From sequence record LR756500.1: a stretch of 64,000 bases of DNA; one strand, given 5' to 3'. Both the position numbers and the translations under genes were made by a program. The notes beneath the pieces were generated by a model that worked only from the letters and a program-made list of their open reading frames with translations, made no database searches and had not been told where the DNA came from. Position 1 is the first letter of the stretch; each line of letters starts with the position of its first letter. Below, one piece after another: positions 1-7,738 of this stretch.

Positions 1-381
1 TAATGCTAAATCTGCAGCATCTTTTAACTTTAGCCATTCTTTACGAAGCTTTTGAATTCTTTCATGCTGCTCAGATACTAATTTAACTCTTTCATCTGAT
101 TTTAAAATCTCTTTAGCAACAAAATGAAATAATCTATTTATACTACCTAAACTATTAACAAATCTACATTTATTTAAAAATCTTTTAAGCCTTTTTCTAT
201 CACATATTCCTAAATCAGTTATATGACTTTCTTTTACTTCTTGTAAAAGATCTTGTTTACCTTTAAAGGTATATACCTTTTTATCATCAATAATTGTGTT
301 ATTTTGTAATTTTTCAATTTCATTTATTGTATTATAATATTCATTGAACAAATTTGCGTTGTGATCTACTATTTTTTCCAT
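1..381 (-). CDS. Hypothetical protein, runs off the window edge (MEKIVDHTQICSM...KLRKEWLKLKDAADLAL)
   Basis: Manually translated: ATG at 381, frame open to position 1; absent from the ORF track because it is partial. Confidence 0.7.
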   Translation of the reverse strand, partial: MEKIVDHNANLFNEYYNTINEIEKLQNNTIIDDKKVYTFKGKQDLLQEVKESHITDLGICDRKRLKRFLNKCRFVNSLGSINRLFHFVAKEILKSDERVKLVSEQHERIQKLRKEWLKLKDAADLAL

Positions 382-435
382 TGTTTTAAATTTTTTATTT
401 TAAGTTGTTTTATTTTTGTTGGGTTTGTAATTAAT

Positions 436-483
436 TTAAAACAAATACGTAGGACCTCTAATTGTAATTTTAATCTATTTCAT
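436..483 (-). other. Short leader ORF MK*IKITIRGPTYLF with an in-frame amber at codon 3
   Basis: Minus strand reads ATG AAA TAG ATT AAA ATT ACA ATT AGA GGT CCT ACG TAT TTG TTT TAA; same GTTATGAARTAGATTAA start as the Pth2 gene. Confidence 0.5.
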
Positions 484-495
484 AACTTTAATTTT

Positions 496-837
496 TTAAA
501 TTTCACGAAGCATAAGTGGTAAACTTGAACATATTCTTTTAGACTCAATTCCTGGCTCAACAGCAATTGCAGTAAGTTGATTGCCTATATCAGGTTCTCT
601 AAATTCTGTATAAGCCAACTTAGAATGCATAAATTTAGAAATATACTTTTCTAATTCGCATTCATTTTTAACAGATAATAAACAAAGATAATTTGAATTT
701 TTATTCCAACATTTAGAAATTTCTGGATATTGATGTTGAAAATCTATAGCAGCATGTGTAGCCTGAACTGCCTGATAACCAGGCTTTAAATCTTCCCTAG
801 TAATAATAATTAGTTTATGATTATTAATCTACTTCAT
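496..837 (-). CDS. pth2: Peptidyl-tRNA hydrolase, Pth2 family, with in-frame TAG at codon 3
   Basis: MK*INNHKLIIITREDLKPGYQAVQATHAA...FREPDIGNQLTAIAVEP; the R.DL..G...Q..HA and D.G...TA.A..P motifs are typical of Pth2. Confidence 0.8.
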
Positions 838-861
838 AACAAAATTTATTTAATTATTATA

Positions 862-886
862 TGCAAATATAATAAAAATGTTTCAA
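862..886 (-). promoter_or_regulatory. Early-type promoter: AAAC-N8-TATATTTGCA (Bacteroidota TAnnTTTG -7 element)
   Basis: Minus strand TTGAAACATTTTTATTATATTTGCA just upstream of pth2; the motif recurs upstream of several other gene blocks. Confidence 0.6.
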
Positions 887-893
887 ATAAAAA

Positions 894-1316
894 TTATTTT
901 TTTAATTTATTTTTAACTATTATTTTTAATAATTCATAATTTAAATCATTTGGATGTAATTCCATACAATTTTTCATAAAAAAACCAAAATATGATTGTT
1001 CTCCATATATATGTTTATTAAATTCTTCATTATTATTTTTAATAACGTTATTTACTAAATTAATAGTTTCTTCTTCTGATAAATATTTTGGAAGATATTT
1101 TTCAATTATACAAATTTCATTTATTGCTTGTATGGTTCCTATTGTTTCTAGATTACTTATTAATGTTCTTAGAATAAAGTTAACTTCATAATCTTTTAAT
1201 ATTTTATTAAATTGTCTATGAAACTCTCCAATAATTACTTTTAATATACTAATATATTCCTTATCTTTATTTTTGATAGCTATTTTTAAGTCATTTTTAA
1301 TTTTATTTTGAAGCAT
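894..1316 (-). CDS. GatB/YqeY-like protein
   Basis: LK.AIK.KD...ISILK..IGE N-terminus and E..I..KYLP..LS.EE motif. Confidence 0.7.
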   Translation of the reverse strand: MLQNKIKNDLKIAIKNKDKEYISILKVIIGEFHRQFNKILKDYEVNFILRTLISNLETIGTIQAINEICIIEKYLPKYLSEEETINLVNNVIKNNNEEFNKHIYGEQSYFGFFMKNCMELHPNDLNYELLKIIVKNKLKK

Positions 1317-1342
1317 AATGAATGATCTTATTTATTTATTTA

Positions 1343-1585
1343 TTAAAAATAAAGTATCTGTCTTTTATTATTTTGTGGAAATATTTCCAATAATTTTTTT
1401 CTTTTATATTCTAATTCTAAAATATGATATCTTTCTAGTATTTTATCATATGCTTCTTTATCATTGTATTTTTTAAAAAATAATTCTAAATACTTTTTAG
1501 AATTATTTAATTGTGATAATGTTTTACAATTATTAACAGTACTAAAACATTTTTCGTATAATTTTACACTAATTAACAATTTCAT
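1343..1585 (-). CDS. Hypothetical protein
   Basis: 80-aa ORF in tight operon context. Confidence 0.55.
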   Translation of the reverse strand: MKLLISVKLYEKCFSTVNNCKTLSQLNNSKKYLELFFKKYNDKEAYDKILERYHILELEYKRKKLLEIFPQNNKRQILYF

Positions 1586-1783
1586 TATTTATTATTTTAA
1601 TAATTTTAGAAGAAACTAATTTATATTTATTCATAATTTCTTTAATTCTTTTTTTGGAATATCATAATGATCTGAGTGAAACTAACATTTTTTTACATTT
1701 AATTTCATTGTCATTAAATGTAAATTAAGCACGGAATACGGAATACAAATTAAATGCCTGCTATTATCACAGATAAATTCCAT
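1569..1783 (-). pseudogene. Disrupted small conserved phage protein (CD..RHL.C.PYS..NLH...C[W]FH..HYDIP type)
   Basis: In-frame TAG at 1682-1684 where Trp is expected, plus a -1 frameshift in the A-run after YDIP. Confidence 0.6.
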
Positions 1784-1793
1784 CTTTAATTAT

Positions 1794-2336
1794 TTAAGAT
1801 ATATCAATAATTAAATCTAATATTTCTTCTGCAGAATCTTCTATACTTAAAATATCAGTTCTTAATTCAAGATCTGGATCTTCTGGAGCTTCATATGGAG
1901 AATCTATTCCTGTAAAATCTTTTATTTTACCAGCTCTAACTTTTTTATAAAGTCCTTTAACATCTCTTCTTTCACATAATTCAATTGGAGCATTAACATA
2001 AATTTCTATAAAATTTTCTAAACCTATAATTTCTTTAGCTAAATCTCTAATTTCCTTAGTAGGACTAATAAAAGAAACTATTACATTTCTATTATTTAAT
2101 ATAAATAATTTTGCAATTTCGGCAACTCTTCTAATATTTTCTTTTCTATCATTATTAGTAAATCCTAAATCTTTATTTATACCAAGTCTTAAATCATCTC
2201 CATCAAGAATTATAATACCTGAATATTCTTTTTTTACCTGCTTTGCTATTGTTGTTTTACCAGCTCCAGATAATCCAGTTAACCAATATACTTTTTTCAT
2301 TGTTTTTAATTTATATATCGTATACTTCAGCGACAC
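1794..2336 (-). CDS. cysC: Adenylyl-sulfate (APS) kinase
   Basis: WLTGLSGAGKTT P-loop, LDGDDLR, DRKENIRRVAE, SFISP, CERRDVKGLY, FTGIDSPYEAP; true start probably the downstream MKKVYW. Confidence 0.95.
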   Translation of the reverse strand: MSLKYTIYKLKTMKKVYWLTGLSGAGKTTIAKQVKKEYSGIIILDGDDLRLGINKDLGFTNNDRKENIRRVAEIAKLFILNNRNVIVSFISPTKEIRDLAKEIIGLENFIEIYVNAPIELCERRDVKGLYKKVRAGKIKDFTGIDSPYEAPEDPDLELRTDILSIEDSAEEILDLIIDIS

Positions 2337-2745
2337 CGTGATCTACTATTACAACCATAGTTTCTGTTAAATTTTCTTTTAATTTTAAAGCAGCTTCTTT
2401 ATCAATAATATCAAGAACTTTTTGCATGTATTCTCTTAATGCTAAACCTCTTGCAAATGGAATTTCACCTCTATCTCTAATATCTTGCCAATTAAAATTA
2501 GGCATTAATGCATTAGCTATATCTAATCCAAATGGAGCATCAACATTAATAATAACTATAACTACATCATTATTTGTTAAATGTCTTTCATTAATTCTAT
2601 TTCTAAAATGTACAATTCTATCTATATTGAGATGAAATGTATTTATACAATTACTTTTTTCAACTGCTTTAATTACAGAAACTGCTTCAGGATCAATTAA
2701 AACAATTTCGCCATTAATATTTTCTATTCGTGGTAAATTTTCCAT
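2311..2745 (-). CDS. Hypothetical protein
   Basis: 144-aa ORF in operon context. Confidence 0.65.
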   Translation of the reverse strand: MENLPRIENINGEIVLIDPEAVSVIKAVEKSNCINTFHLNIDRIVHFRNRINERHLTNNDVVIVIINVDAPFGLDIANALMPNFNWQDIRDRGEIPFARGLALREYMQKVLDIIDKEAALKLKENLTETMVVIVDHGVAEVYDI

Positions 2746-3221
2746 TATTTTATAAAATCATTACGTAATTGTGTTAATACTTTTCCTAATAAATTTTGAC
2801 CTGGCCATTTATTTTCTGGAATATTTACAGCATCTTCTTCTAATAATCCAATACCCCATATTTTATCATAAGGACTTGCTTCTACTAAAGTTCTAGTTTC
2901 AGTAGCAATTAATTGTTTTAATAGGTTTGGATTTTGTTCAAATTTTTCTTTATTAACATCATACATAAAATTATATGATATTTTACTCCATTTATCAGTA
3001 TCAAATCCTTTAACTTTTCTTCCTAATTTTTTATTTAAACTCGGATTAGGTTCATTTAAAATTTCATTTGCTGTTTTAGAATCATTAAAATAATTTGCTT
3101 TTTCCCACATAAAAGCTTGTTCACTATTTGAAAATTCTAAACTTTTATAATTAAATTTAACAGAATACCAATTGGAATATATTCCATTCCAAAAAAATAC
3201 ATACTTATCAGTTGTTATCAT
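2745..3221 (-). CDS. NADAR (YbiA-like) family hydrolase
   Basis: FFW...SNWY, EQAFMWEKA, KKLGRKVKGFD, LVEASPYDKIWGIGL, G.NLLG..L..LR. Confidence 0.93.
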   Translation of the reverse strand: MITTDKYVFFWNGIYSNWYSVKFNYKSLEFSNSEQAFMWEKANYFNDSKTANEILNEPNPSLNKKLGRKVKGFDTDKWSKISYNFMYDVNKEKFEQNPNLLKQLIATETRTLVEASPYDKIWGIGLLEEDAVNIPENKWPGQNLLGKVLTQLRNDFIK

Positions 3222-3243
3222 TTCTAAAAATATTAAAAATTAG

Positions 3244-3314
3244 AGGGCCTAGAGGGATTCAAACCCCCGTAGTCAGCTTTGCAGGCTGCGACCTAATCAC
3301 TCGGACATAGGCCC
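3244..3314 (-). tRNA. trnC: tRNA-Cys(GCA)
   Basis: GGGCCTA/TAGGCCC acceptor stem, CT-GCA-AA anticodon loop, U73; D-loop and T-loop (TTTGAAT) slightly non-canonical. Confidence 0.82.
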
Positions 3315-3321
3315 ATATCGT

Positions 3322-4278
3322 TTATCTATTAAAAAACTCTTTTTCGTTATAATACAACATACTTAATCTAGTAGCAAATGTTTTATCAGATGTACTATCT
3401 CCTATCATTATACATTGTTTAGGATCTAACATATATTTATATATTAGATCTATACCCATTCCACTTTGAGGTTTTCTACAATAACAAATTTCCTTAGGTA
3501 TACTATGAGGACAATATTTATAATCATCAATAATATTATTCATTAAAGAATTTGTTTCTTTAATTATATCTTCAACGTTATCTATAAAGTGACCTTTATT
3601 AACTCCTGATTGATTAGTTACTGCTAAAATTAAAAATCCTCTATTTTTATATTTTTGTAAAATGCTTACGGTATTTTCTAAAATATATTGATCATTTAAG
3701 TTAATTGGATATTTTTCTCCACTAACTGTTTTTCTAACAGTACCATCTAAATCAATTAATAATGCTTTATTTTTTAAATTAGTATCCCAAATTCTTTCAA
3801 ATTCTGTAATTACTAATTCATTATAATCTGTAACTTTAGGCTTTTTAAATTCTTTTGAATACTTAAATATTGCTGGAAGAACCCAAACATTTGGATTATT
3901 TTTAAATATAATAGGAATAGTATCTGTATAATTATGAAAGCTTCCTGTAATTTTTTTAATTCTAATATAAGAATTAATTAATGCATCTTCTTTAGAAGTA
4001 TTCATTAAATGAAATCCTATTGTGTGTTTATGATATTTACAATTATCTATAAATAAATATCTTGTATTTTCATTAGGAAGAGTTGCATCAATTACTATTT
4101 TCTTAACACCGTCTTTTATATGTTTTTCATGAAGTGCAGCTAAATCTATCATAGAAATATTTAAGCTATCTCTATTTAAAATTAAATATCCTAATTTTTC
4201 GTATTCTTTTGAAATACTAGATTTTCCACTTGCTGGATATCCTCCAATTAAAACAGTATCAGTATTACAAAGTTTCAT
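3322..4278 (-). CDS. Polynucleotide kinase/3'-phosphatase-like (P-loop kinase + HAD-IIIA phosphatase)
   Basis: GGYPASGKS and IVIDAT kinase motifs; DLDGTVR, TNQSG, CRKP..GM and MIGD...D HAD-IIIA motifs. Confidence 0.8.
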   Translation of the reverse strand: MKLCNTDTVLIGGYPASGKSSISKEYEKLGYLILNRDSLNISMIDLAALHEKHIKDGVKKIVIDATLPNENTRYLFIDNCKYHKHTIGFHLMNTSKEDALINSYIRIKKITGSFHNYTDTIPIIFKNNPNVWVLPAIFKYSKEFKKPKVTDYNELVITEFERIWDTNLKNKALLIDLDGTVRKTVSGEKYPINLNDQYILENTVSILQKYKNRGFLILAVTNQSGVNKGHFIDNVEDIIKETNSLMNNIIDDYKYCPHSIPKEICYCRKPQSGMGIDLIYKYMLDPKQCIMIGDSTSDKTFATRLSMLYYNEKEFFNR

Positions 4279-4463
4279 ATTTCTTTATATTTTTTGAATA
4301 GTTCATCATATAATGCTTCATCTAACTTTTTCATTTTAGTAAACAATTTACCAATTCCTGATTCAGCTTTTGTTTTAGTACCATTCTTAATAGCATTCAT
4401 TAAGCCGATAATCTTTTGTTCAAGTTCTTTAATATGCTTCATATAATTCAACAATATGTCCAA
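4275..4463 (-). CDS. Hypothetical protein
   Basis: 62-aa ORF overlapping neighbours. Confidence 0.5.
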   Translation of the reverse strand: MDILLNYMKHIKELEQKIIGLMNAIKNGTKTKAESGIGKLFTKMKKLDEALYDELFKKYKEI

Positions 4464-4680
4464 TTTCTTTAAATTGCTTAGCTATTTCATTAGCTTCATT
4501 TATATCTTTTCTAAAAGATACTGTAATAGGTTCATTAGTATAATAAAGCTCATCATATATTTTTTTACATTCATATAATGAAAAATCAGTATTATCTTTT
4601 ATTAACCTAATTGTAAATAAAGGTCTTTTACCTTTTGTTAATAAGCTTACATTATATTTAATTTCCTCGTCTTCTTTCAT
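4429..4680 (-). CDS. Hypothetical protein (weak resemblance to the ribosomal L7/L12 C-terminal domain)
   Basis: IRLIKD.T..SL.ECK...D...EA.EI..QFKE.G..VEL pattern. Confidence 0.4.
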   Translation of the reverse strand: MKEDEEIKYNVSLLTKGKRPLFTIRLIKDNTDFSLYECKKIYDELYYTNEPITVSFRKDINEANEIAKQFKEIGHIVELYEAY

Positions 4681-4885
4681 ATTCTATATATAAATAATAT
4701 GATATTATCGTAAATAAAACCCAAAATAAAACATGATACAGATGTATCATAGTAGGTAAAAACGGCAAAGAAAGTGTTTGTAAAATTACTTCACTTACAC
4801 CAATTACTAACCACTTATTAAAAATACCTTTCTTCTTCCAAAAGTTTTTTAATTTATTCCAATAATAATTAAATTCTTTAATCAT
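4658..4885 (-). CDS. Small membrane protein
   Basis: Two hydrophobic segments. Confidence 0.5.
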   Translation of the reverse strand: MIKEFNYYWNKLKNFWKKKGIFNKWLVIGVSEVILQTLSLPFLPTMIHLYHVLFWVLFTIISYYLYIEYERRRGN

Positions 4886-4887
4886 AT

Positions 4888-4912
4888 TGTAAATATAATA
4901 ATAATGTTTAAC
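4888..4912 (-). promoter_or_regulatory. Early-type promoter AAAC-N8-TATATTTACA
   Basis: GTTAAACATTATTATTATATTTACA on the minus strand. Confidence 0.5.
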
Positions 4913-5026
4913 AAATAAAAATGTAATACTTTAAAGAGTGTAGTGAAGCTGCAGCTTCTGTGGGTACTACACATTTTATCCACTTTTATTAAAATCTCAT
5001 AGGTTAACAACCAATCATTTGAGAGT

Positions 5027-5254
5027 TTAATATGTTATTTGAATTCTTTTTTTCCCTTTACATGAATCAAGAGAGCACTGTAAATTATAATTTTCAGTTT
5101 TTAAATAAAAATTTTCTTTTTTAATTATTTCTAAATTTATTTCTTGTTCATCATTAATTTCATTATTATTTTCATCTGGAATAAACCATATAATAATTAT
5201 AATCATTATCATACCAATAAATGTAATATAGTCTTGTATTAAAATTTTATTCAT
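5027..5254 (-). CDS. Small membrane-anchored protein
   Basis: Single N-terminal hydrophobic helix; preceded by TATATAAATA. Confidence 0.5.
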   Translation of the reverse strand: MNKILIQDYITFIGMIMIIIIIWFIPDENNNEINDEQEINLEIIKKENFYLKTENYNLQCSLDSCKGKKRIQITY

Positions 5255-5279
5255 AATCTATTTATATATTGTAGCCGGG

Positions 5280-6098
5280 TTAATATCTTATTGTAAATAA
5301 AGAATAATCTATTTTATAATCTTTATAATATTCTTTAAATATTGGTAAATTTTCTAATTTTAAATTATCTAAATTTTTAAATTCATTTTTTTCTATTAAT
5401 CTTAAATCTATATTATTATATTCTAATACTTTATTCATTTTATAAATATCTCTATCTTTCATCCAGCCTTTTACTTCGATATAAATGTTAAAGTCAGGTA
5501 AATAAAAATCTGATGTATAAAACCTATTATTTAAATATTTTAATCTTTTTCTTTCCCAATAGATATTATTACTAGTTAACCATTCTGCAACTTTCTTTTC
5601 CCAGGTCCCTTGTACTTTAATATTAAATTTACCATTAAATACTTCATACCATAAAGTATGATGATCACCGTTATTTTCTAAAAATTTTATTCTACCTCTA
5701 CTTATAGATTCTTTATGTTTTTCAGTTAATGATATACCTATTCTCCGTTTAGTTGCACCTATAGATAATTTATTTCTATATTCTTTAGCCTTTTCTTTTC
5801 CTAATGCTTCTTCTAAAGTTCTTCCCTTTCTCCAAATCCATCCGTTAGTTGTAATACATCTTTTAATAGGTTCTTTCCCATTTCTATGAATTAAACAAAA
5901 TGAAAAATGTCCATTTAATGATTGTGCTTTTTCAAACTCTTTACCACATTCACATATATAAATATTTTTATCAACTATAAAATACTTACTTTTTTTCTTA
6001 ATAGCCTTTAAAATTATATCAAACTTATCACATTTAAATCCATATGTTGATAATCCTCTTTGTGTTTTAAATTCTTTTCCACAATTACACTTAAACAT
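5280..6098 (-). CDS. Free-standing PD-(D/E)xK endonuclease with Zn-finger and NUMOD3-like DNA-binding repeats
   Basis: C.CGKEF repeats, EKHKESIS, QGTWE..VA.WL, YTSDFYLPD.NIYIEVKGW. Confidence 0.75.
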   Translation of the reverse strand: MFKCNCGKEFKTQRGLSTYGFKCDKFDIILKAIKKKSKYFIVDKNIYICECGKEFEKAQSLNGHFSFCLIHRNGKEPIKRCITTNGWIWRKGRTLEEALGKEKAKEYRNKLSIGATKRRIGISLTEKHKESISRGRIKFLENNGDHHTLWYEVFNGKFNIKVQGTWEKKVAEWLTSNNIYWERKRLKYLNNRFYTSDFYLPDFNIYIEVKGWMKDRDIYKMNKVLEYNNIDLRLIEKNEFKNLDNLKLENLPIFKEYYKDYKIDYSLFTIRY

Positions 6099-6160
6099 AA
6101 TGATATTTTTATTTTATATATCATTATATCTAGTCTAAACCAATTACCATTATGACCTTG

Positions 6161-6242
6161 TAACGAAGGAGAGATTCGAACTCTCACGCAATTAAGCATC
6201 AGTTCCTAAGACTGACGGGTCTTACCGTTCCCCCACTTCGTC
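6161..6242 (-). tRNA. trnL: tRNA-Leu(TAG)
   Basis: GACGAAG/CTTCGTT acceptor, TCAGT-CTTAGGA-ACTGA anticodon arm, long variable arm, GAGAG-TTCGAAT-CTCTC T arm, A73. Confidence 0.9.
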
Positions 6243-6250
6243 ATTTATAT

Positions 6251-6484
6251 TTAAAACATTATACGGTCATCATCGGGTTCATATCGTGATTTATCAAATA
6301 ATACATGTATTGGACTATTACCATCACTTTGTATTTTAACCGTATAACCGGTTTGCTCTTTAATTCTATTAAACATCTTTTCCATTGCAGCTGGCATATC
6401 TTTAGTTGCTATACCTTCTATTTGATCACCAAATGAAATAGGCTGAACATTTCTAACTATTGGAAAACTCCATTCAAAATCCAT
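6251..6484 (-). CDS. Hypothetical protein
   Basis: 77-aa ORF. Confidence 0.55.
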   Translation of the reverse strand: MDFEWSFPIVRNVQPISFGDQIEGIATKDMPAAMEKMFNRIKEQTGYTVKIQSDGNSPIHVLFDKSRYEPDDDRIMF

Positions 6485-6495
6485 AATTTTATTTT

Positions 6496-6861
6496 TTAAA
6501 TTGTATCAATTTCTGGTGAACCATCATTCATTGTTATAAAATAATAATCTCTCGCAAACATTAATGTACTTGGATCTTCAACCATTTTATTTATCTTTCT
6601 TACTGCATCGAGAATAATCTTTGGTACATTTGAAATTCTTTTATCATTAAAATTAATTACACTTATATTTGGATAATTCTTTTTAATATAATGTTTGTGT
6701 ATATCAGGATATGATAAACTTGAAAGATAATCTATATCCCATAGTTTACCTTGATTTTTTTCAGATAGACCTATAAGCTTTCCTGATCTCCATATTCCAA
6801 ATGCATTATTTCCTAAAATTAAAATACTTAAATAAACATTCTTTATATTATTTGAACTCAT
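6496..6861 (-). CDS. Hypothetical protein
   Basis: 121-aa ORF. Confidence 0.6.
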   Translation of the reverse strand: MSSNNIKNVYLSILILGNNAFGIWRSGKLIGLSEKNQGKLWDIDYLSSLSYPDIHKHYIKKNYPNISVINFNDKRISNVPKIILDAVRKINKMVEDPSTLMFARDYYFITMNDGSPEIDTI

Positions 6862-6865
6862 AATT

Positions 6866-7102
6866 TTATTTTTTAACTCTATAACATATTCCTTCTAAAA
6901 TATATTTATCTTCTTTATCTATTCTAATTTTAGGAGCAGGAAGATCTTCATATTTACTATAAATAGCTTCTAATACACCACCATCACATTTTTTATTTTT
7001 ACATTTAGGACCATTATAATTTCTTTCGAATGATGTCCACATTTCACTTCCACATTTACTGCATATAGCAGATAGTCCTATATCATATATTCTTCCACTC
7101 AT
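6866..7102 (-). CDS. Small Zn-ribbon protein
   Basis: CSKC...CKNKKC cysteine pairs. Confidence 0.55.
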   Translation of the reverse strand: MSGRIYDIGLSAICSKCGSEMWTSFERNYNGPKCKNKKCDGGVLEAIYSKYEDLPAPKIRIDKEDKYILEGICYRVKK

Positions 7103-7347
7103 GACTTACAAATACTTAGATTACTTTCAAATACAAATGAATTTTGTTCAATTGCTTTTCTAATATATCTCATAAAAAGAATCGCTTTATCTTCATTTGA
7201 AAAAGTTGCATCTCCAATATCTTGAATAGGTACTGGAAATAAATATTTTTTATTATCAACATTTACATTATAATATAAATGTCCTGCTCTATAATATGAA
7301 AAATAAACTTTATTGTCTTTTATAATTTCTTTTATATTTGGTAACAT
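7099..7347 (-). CDS. Conserved phage hypothetical protein
   Basis: YYRAGHLYY...FPVPI.DIGDATF...KAI.FMRYIRKA pattern. Confidence 0.65.
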   Translation of the reverse strand: MLPNIKEIIKDNKVYFSYYRAGHLYYNVNVDNKKYLFPVPIQDIGDATFSNEDKAILFMRYIRKAIEQNSFVFESNLSICKS

Positions 7348-7367
7348 AACTTTTTTTATTTAGTTTG

Positions 7368-7444
7368 TCCGCTAAGATGGATTTGAACCAGCATGTAACC
7401 AATTAACCTTTCAACCGGGTATCAGCCGGAGGGTATATTAGCGG
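7368..7444 (-). ncRNA. Rearranged tRNA-like RNA with GAT (Ile) anticodon loop and no D-arm at the normal position
   Basis: CCGCTAA/TTAGCGG acceptor + A73, GCTGG-TTCAAAT-CCATC T arm, CCGG-CTGATAC-CCGG anticodon arm only 8 nt after the acceptor strand. Confidence 0.65.
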
Positions 7445-7455
7445 TTTATAATTTG

Positions 7456-7526
7456 CAGATCTACAAAGATTCGAACTCTGAAAGACGGGTCTGGAATCCG
7501 TCGTGTTACCATTACACTATAGACCT
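7456..7526 (-). tRNA. trnW: tRNA-Trp(CCA)
   Basis: AGGTCTA/TAGATCT acceptor, GTGT-AATGGTA-ACAC D arm, TT-CCA-GA loop, TTCGAAT T loop, G73. Confidence 0.9.
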
Positions 7527-7537
7527 ATTTAAATTCG

Positions 7538-7613
7538 TGGGAACTGAGAGATTTGAACTCCCGGCCTTAATTTTGTAAGAATTCTGCTCTAAACCAAACT
7601 GAGCTAAGCTCCC
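7538..7613 (-). tRNA. trnV: tRNA-Val(TAC)
   Basis: GGGAGCT/AGTTCCC acceptor, GCTC/GAGC D stem, CT-TAC-AA loop, A73. Confidence 0.92.
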
Positions 7614-7632
7614 ATTTACACCTAAACTTTTG

Positions 7633-7716
7633 TACTACGTATGGGATTCGAACCCATGAGTTGTTTCCAACACAACAGTGAAAGTGTTGCGACCTAAACC
7701 TCTAGTCGAACGTAGC
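7633..7716 (-). tRNA. trnE: tRNA-Glu(TTC) with long variable arm
   Basis: GCTACGT/ACGTAGT acceptor, CAACA-CTTTCAC-TGTTG anticodon arm, extra GTTG-GAAA-CAAC hairpin, ATGGG-TTCGAAT-CCCAT T arm. Confidence 0.88.
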
Positions 7717-7738
7717 ATTTAAATTTGGGTGGAAGATG

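Noticed and set aside
4975-5000. ATAAAAGTGGA resembling part of a twister ribozyme
   Set aside because: The other conserved twister elements (the AAGCCC-containing P4 and matching pseudoknots) are absent.
5268-5282. GC-rich patch GTAGCCGGGT after the endonuclease, possibly a split-tRNA or intron remnant
   Set aside because: Too short, and no matching tRNA half or group I core was found nearby.
6014-6199. 61-aa minus-strand ORF
   Set aside because: It overlaps tRNA-Leu and the endonuclease start in another frame; spurious.
7456-7526. tRNA-Trp as a possible suppressor because of the mismatched anticodon stem
   Set aside because: The best 7-nt loop gives CCA, and G73 fits ordinary Trp identity.
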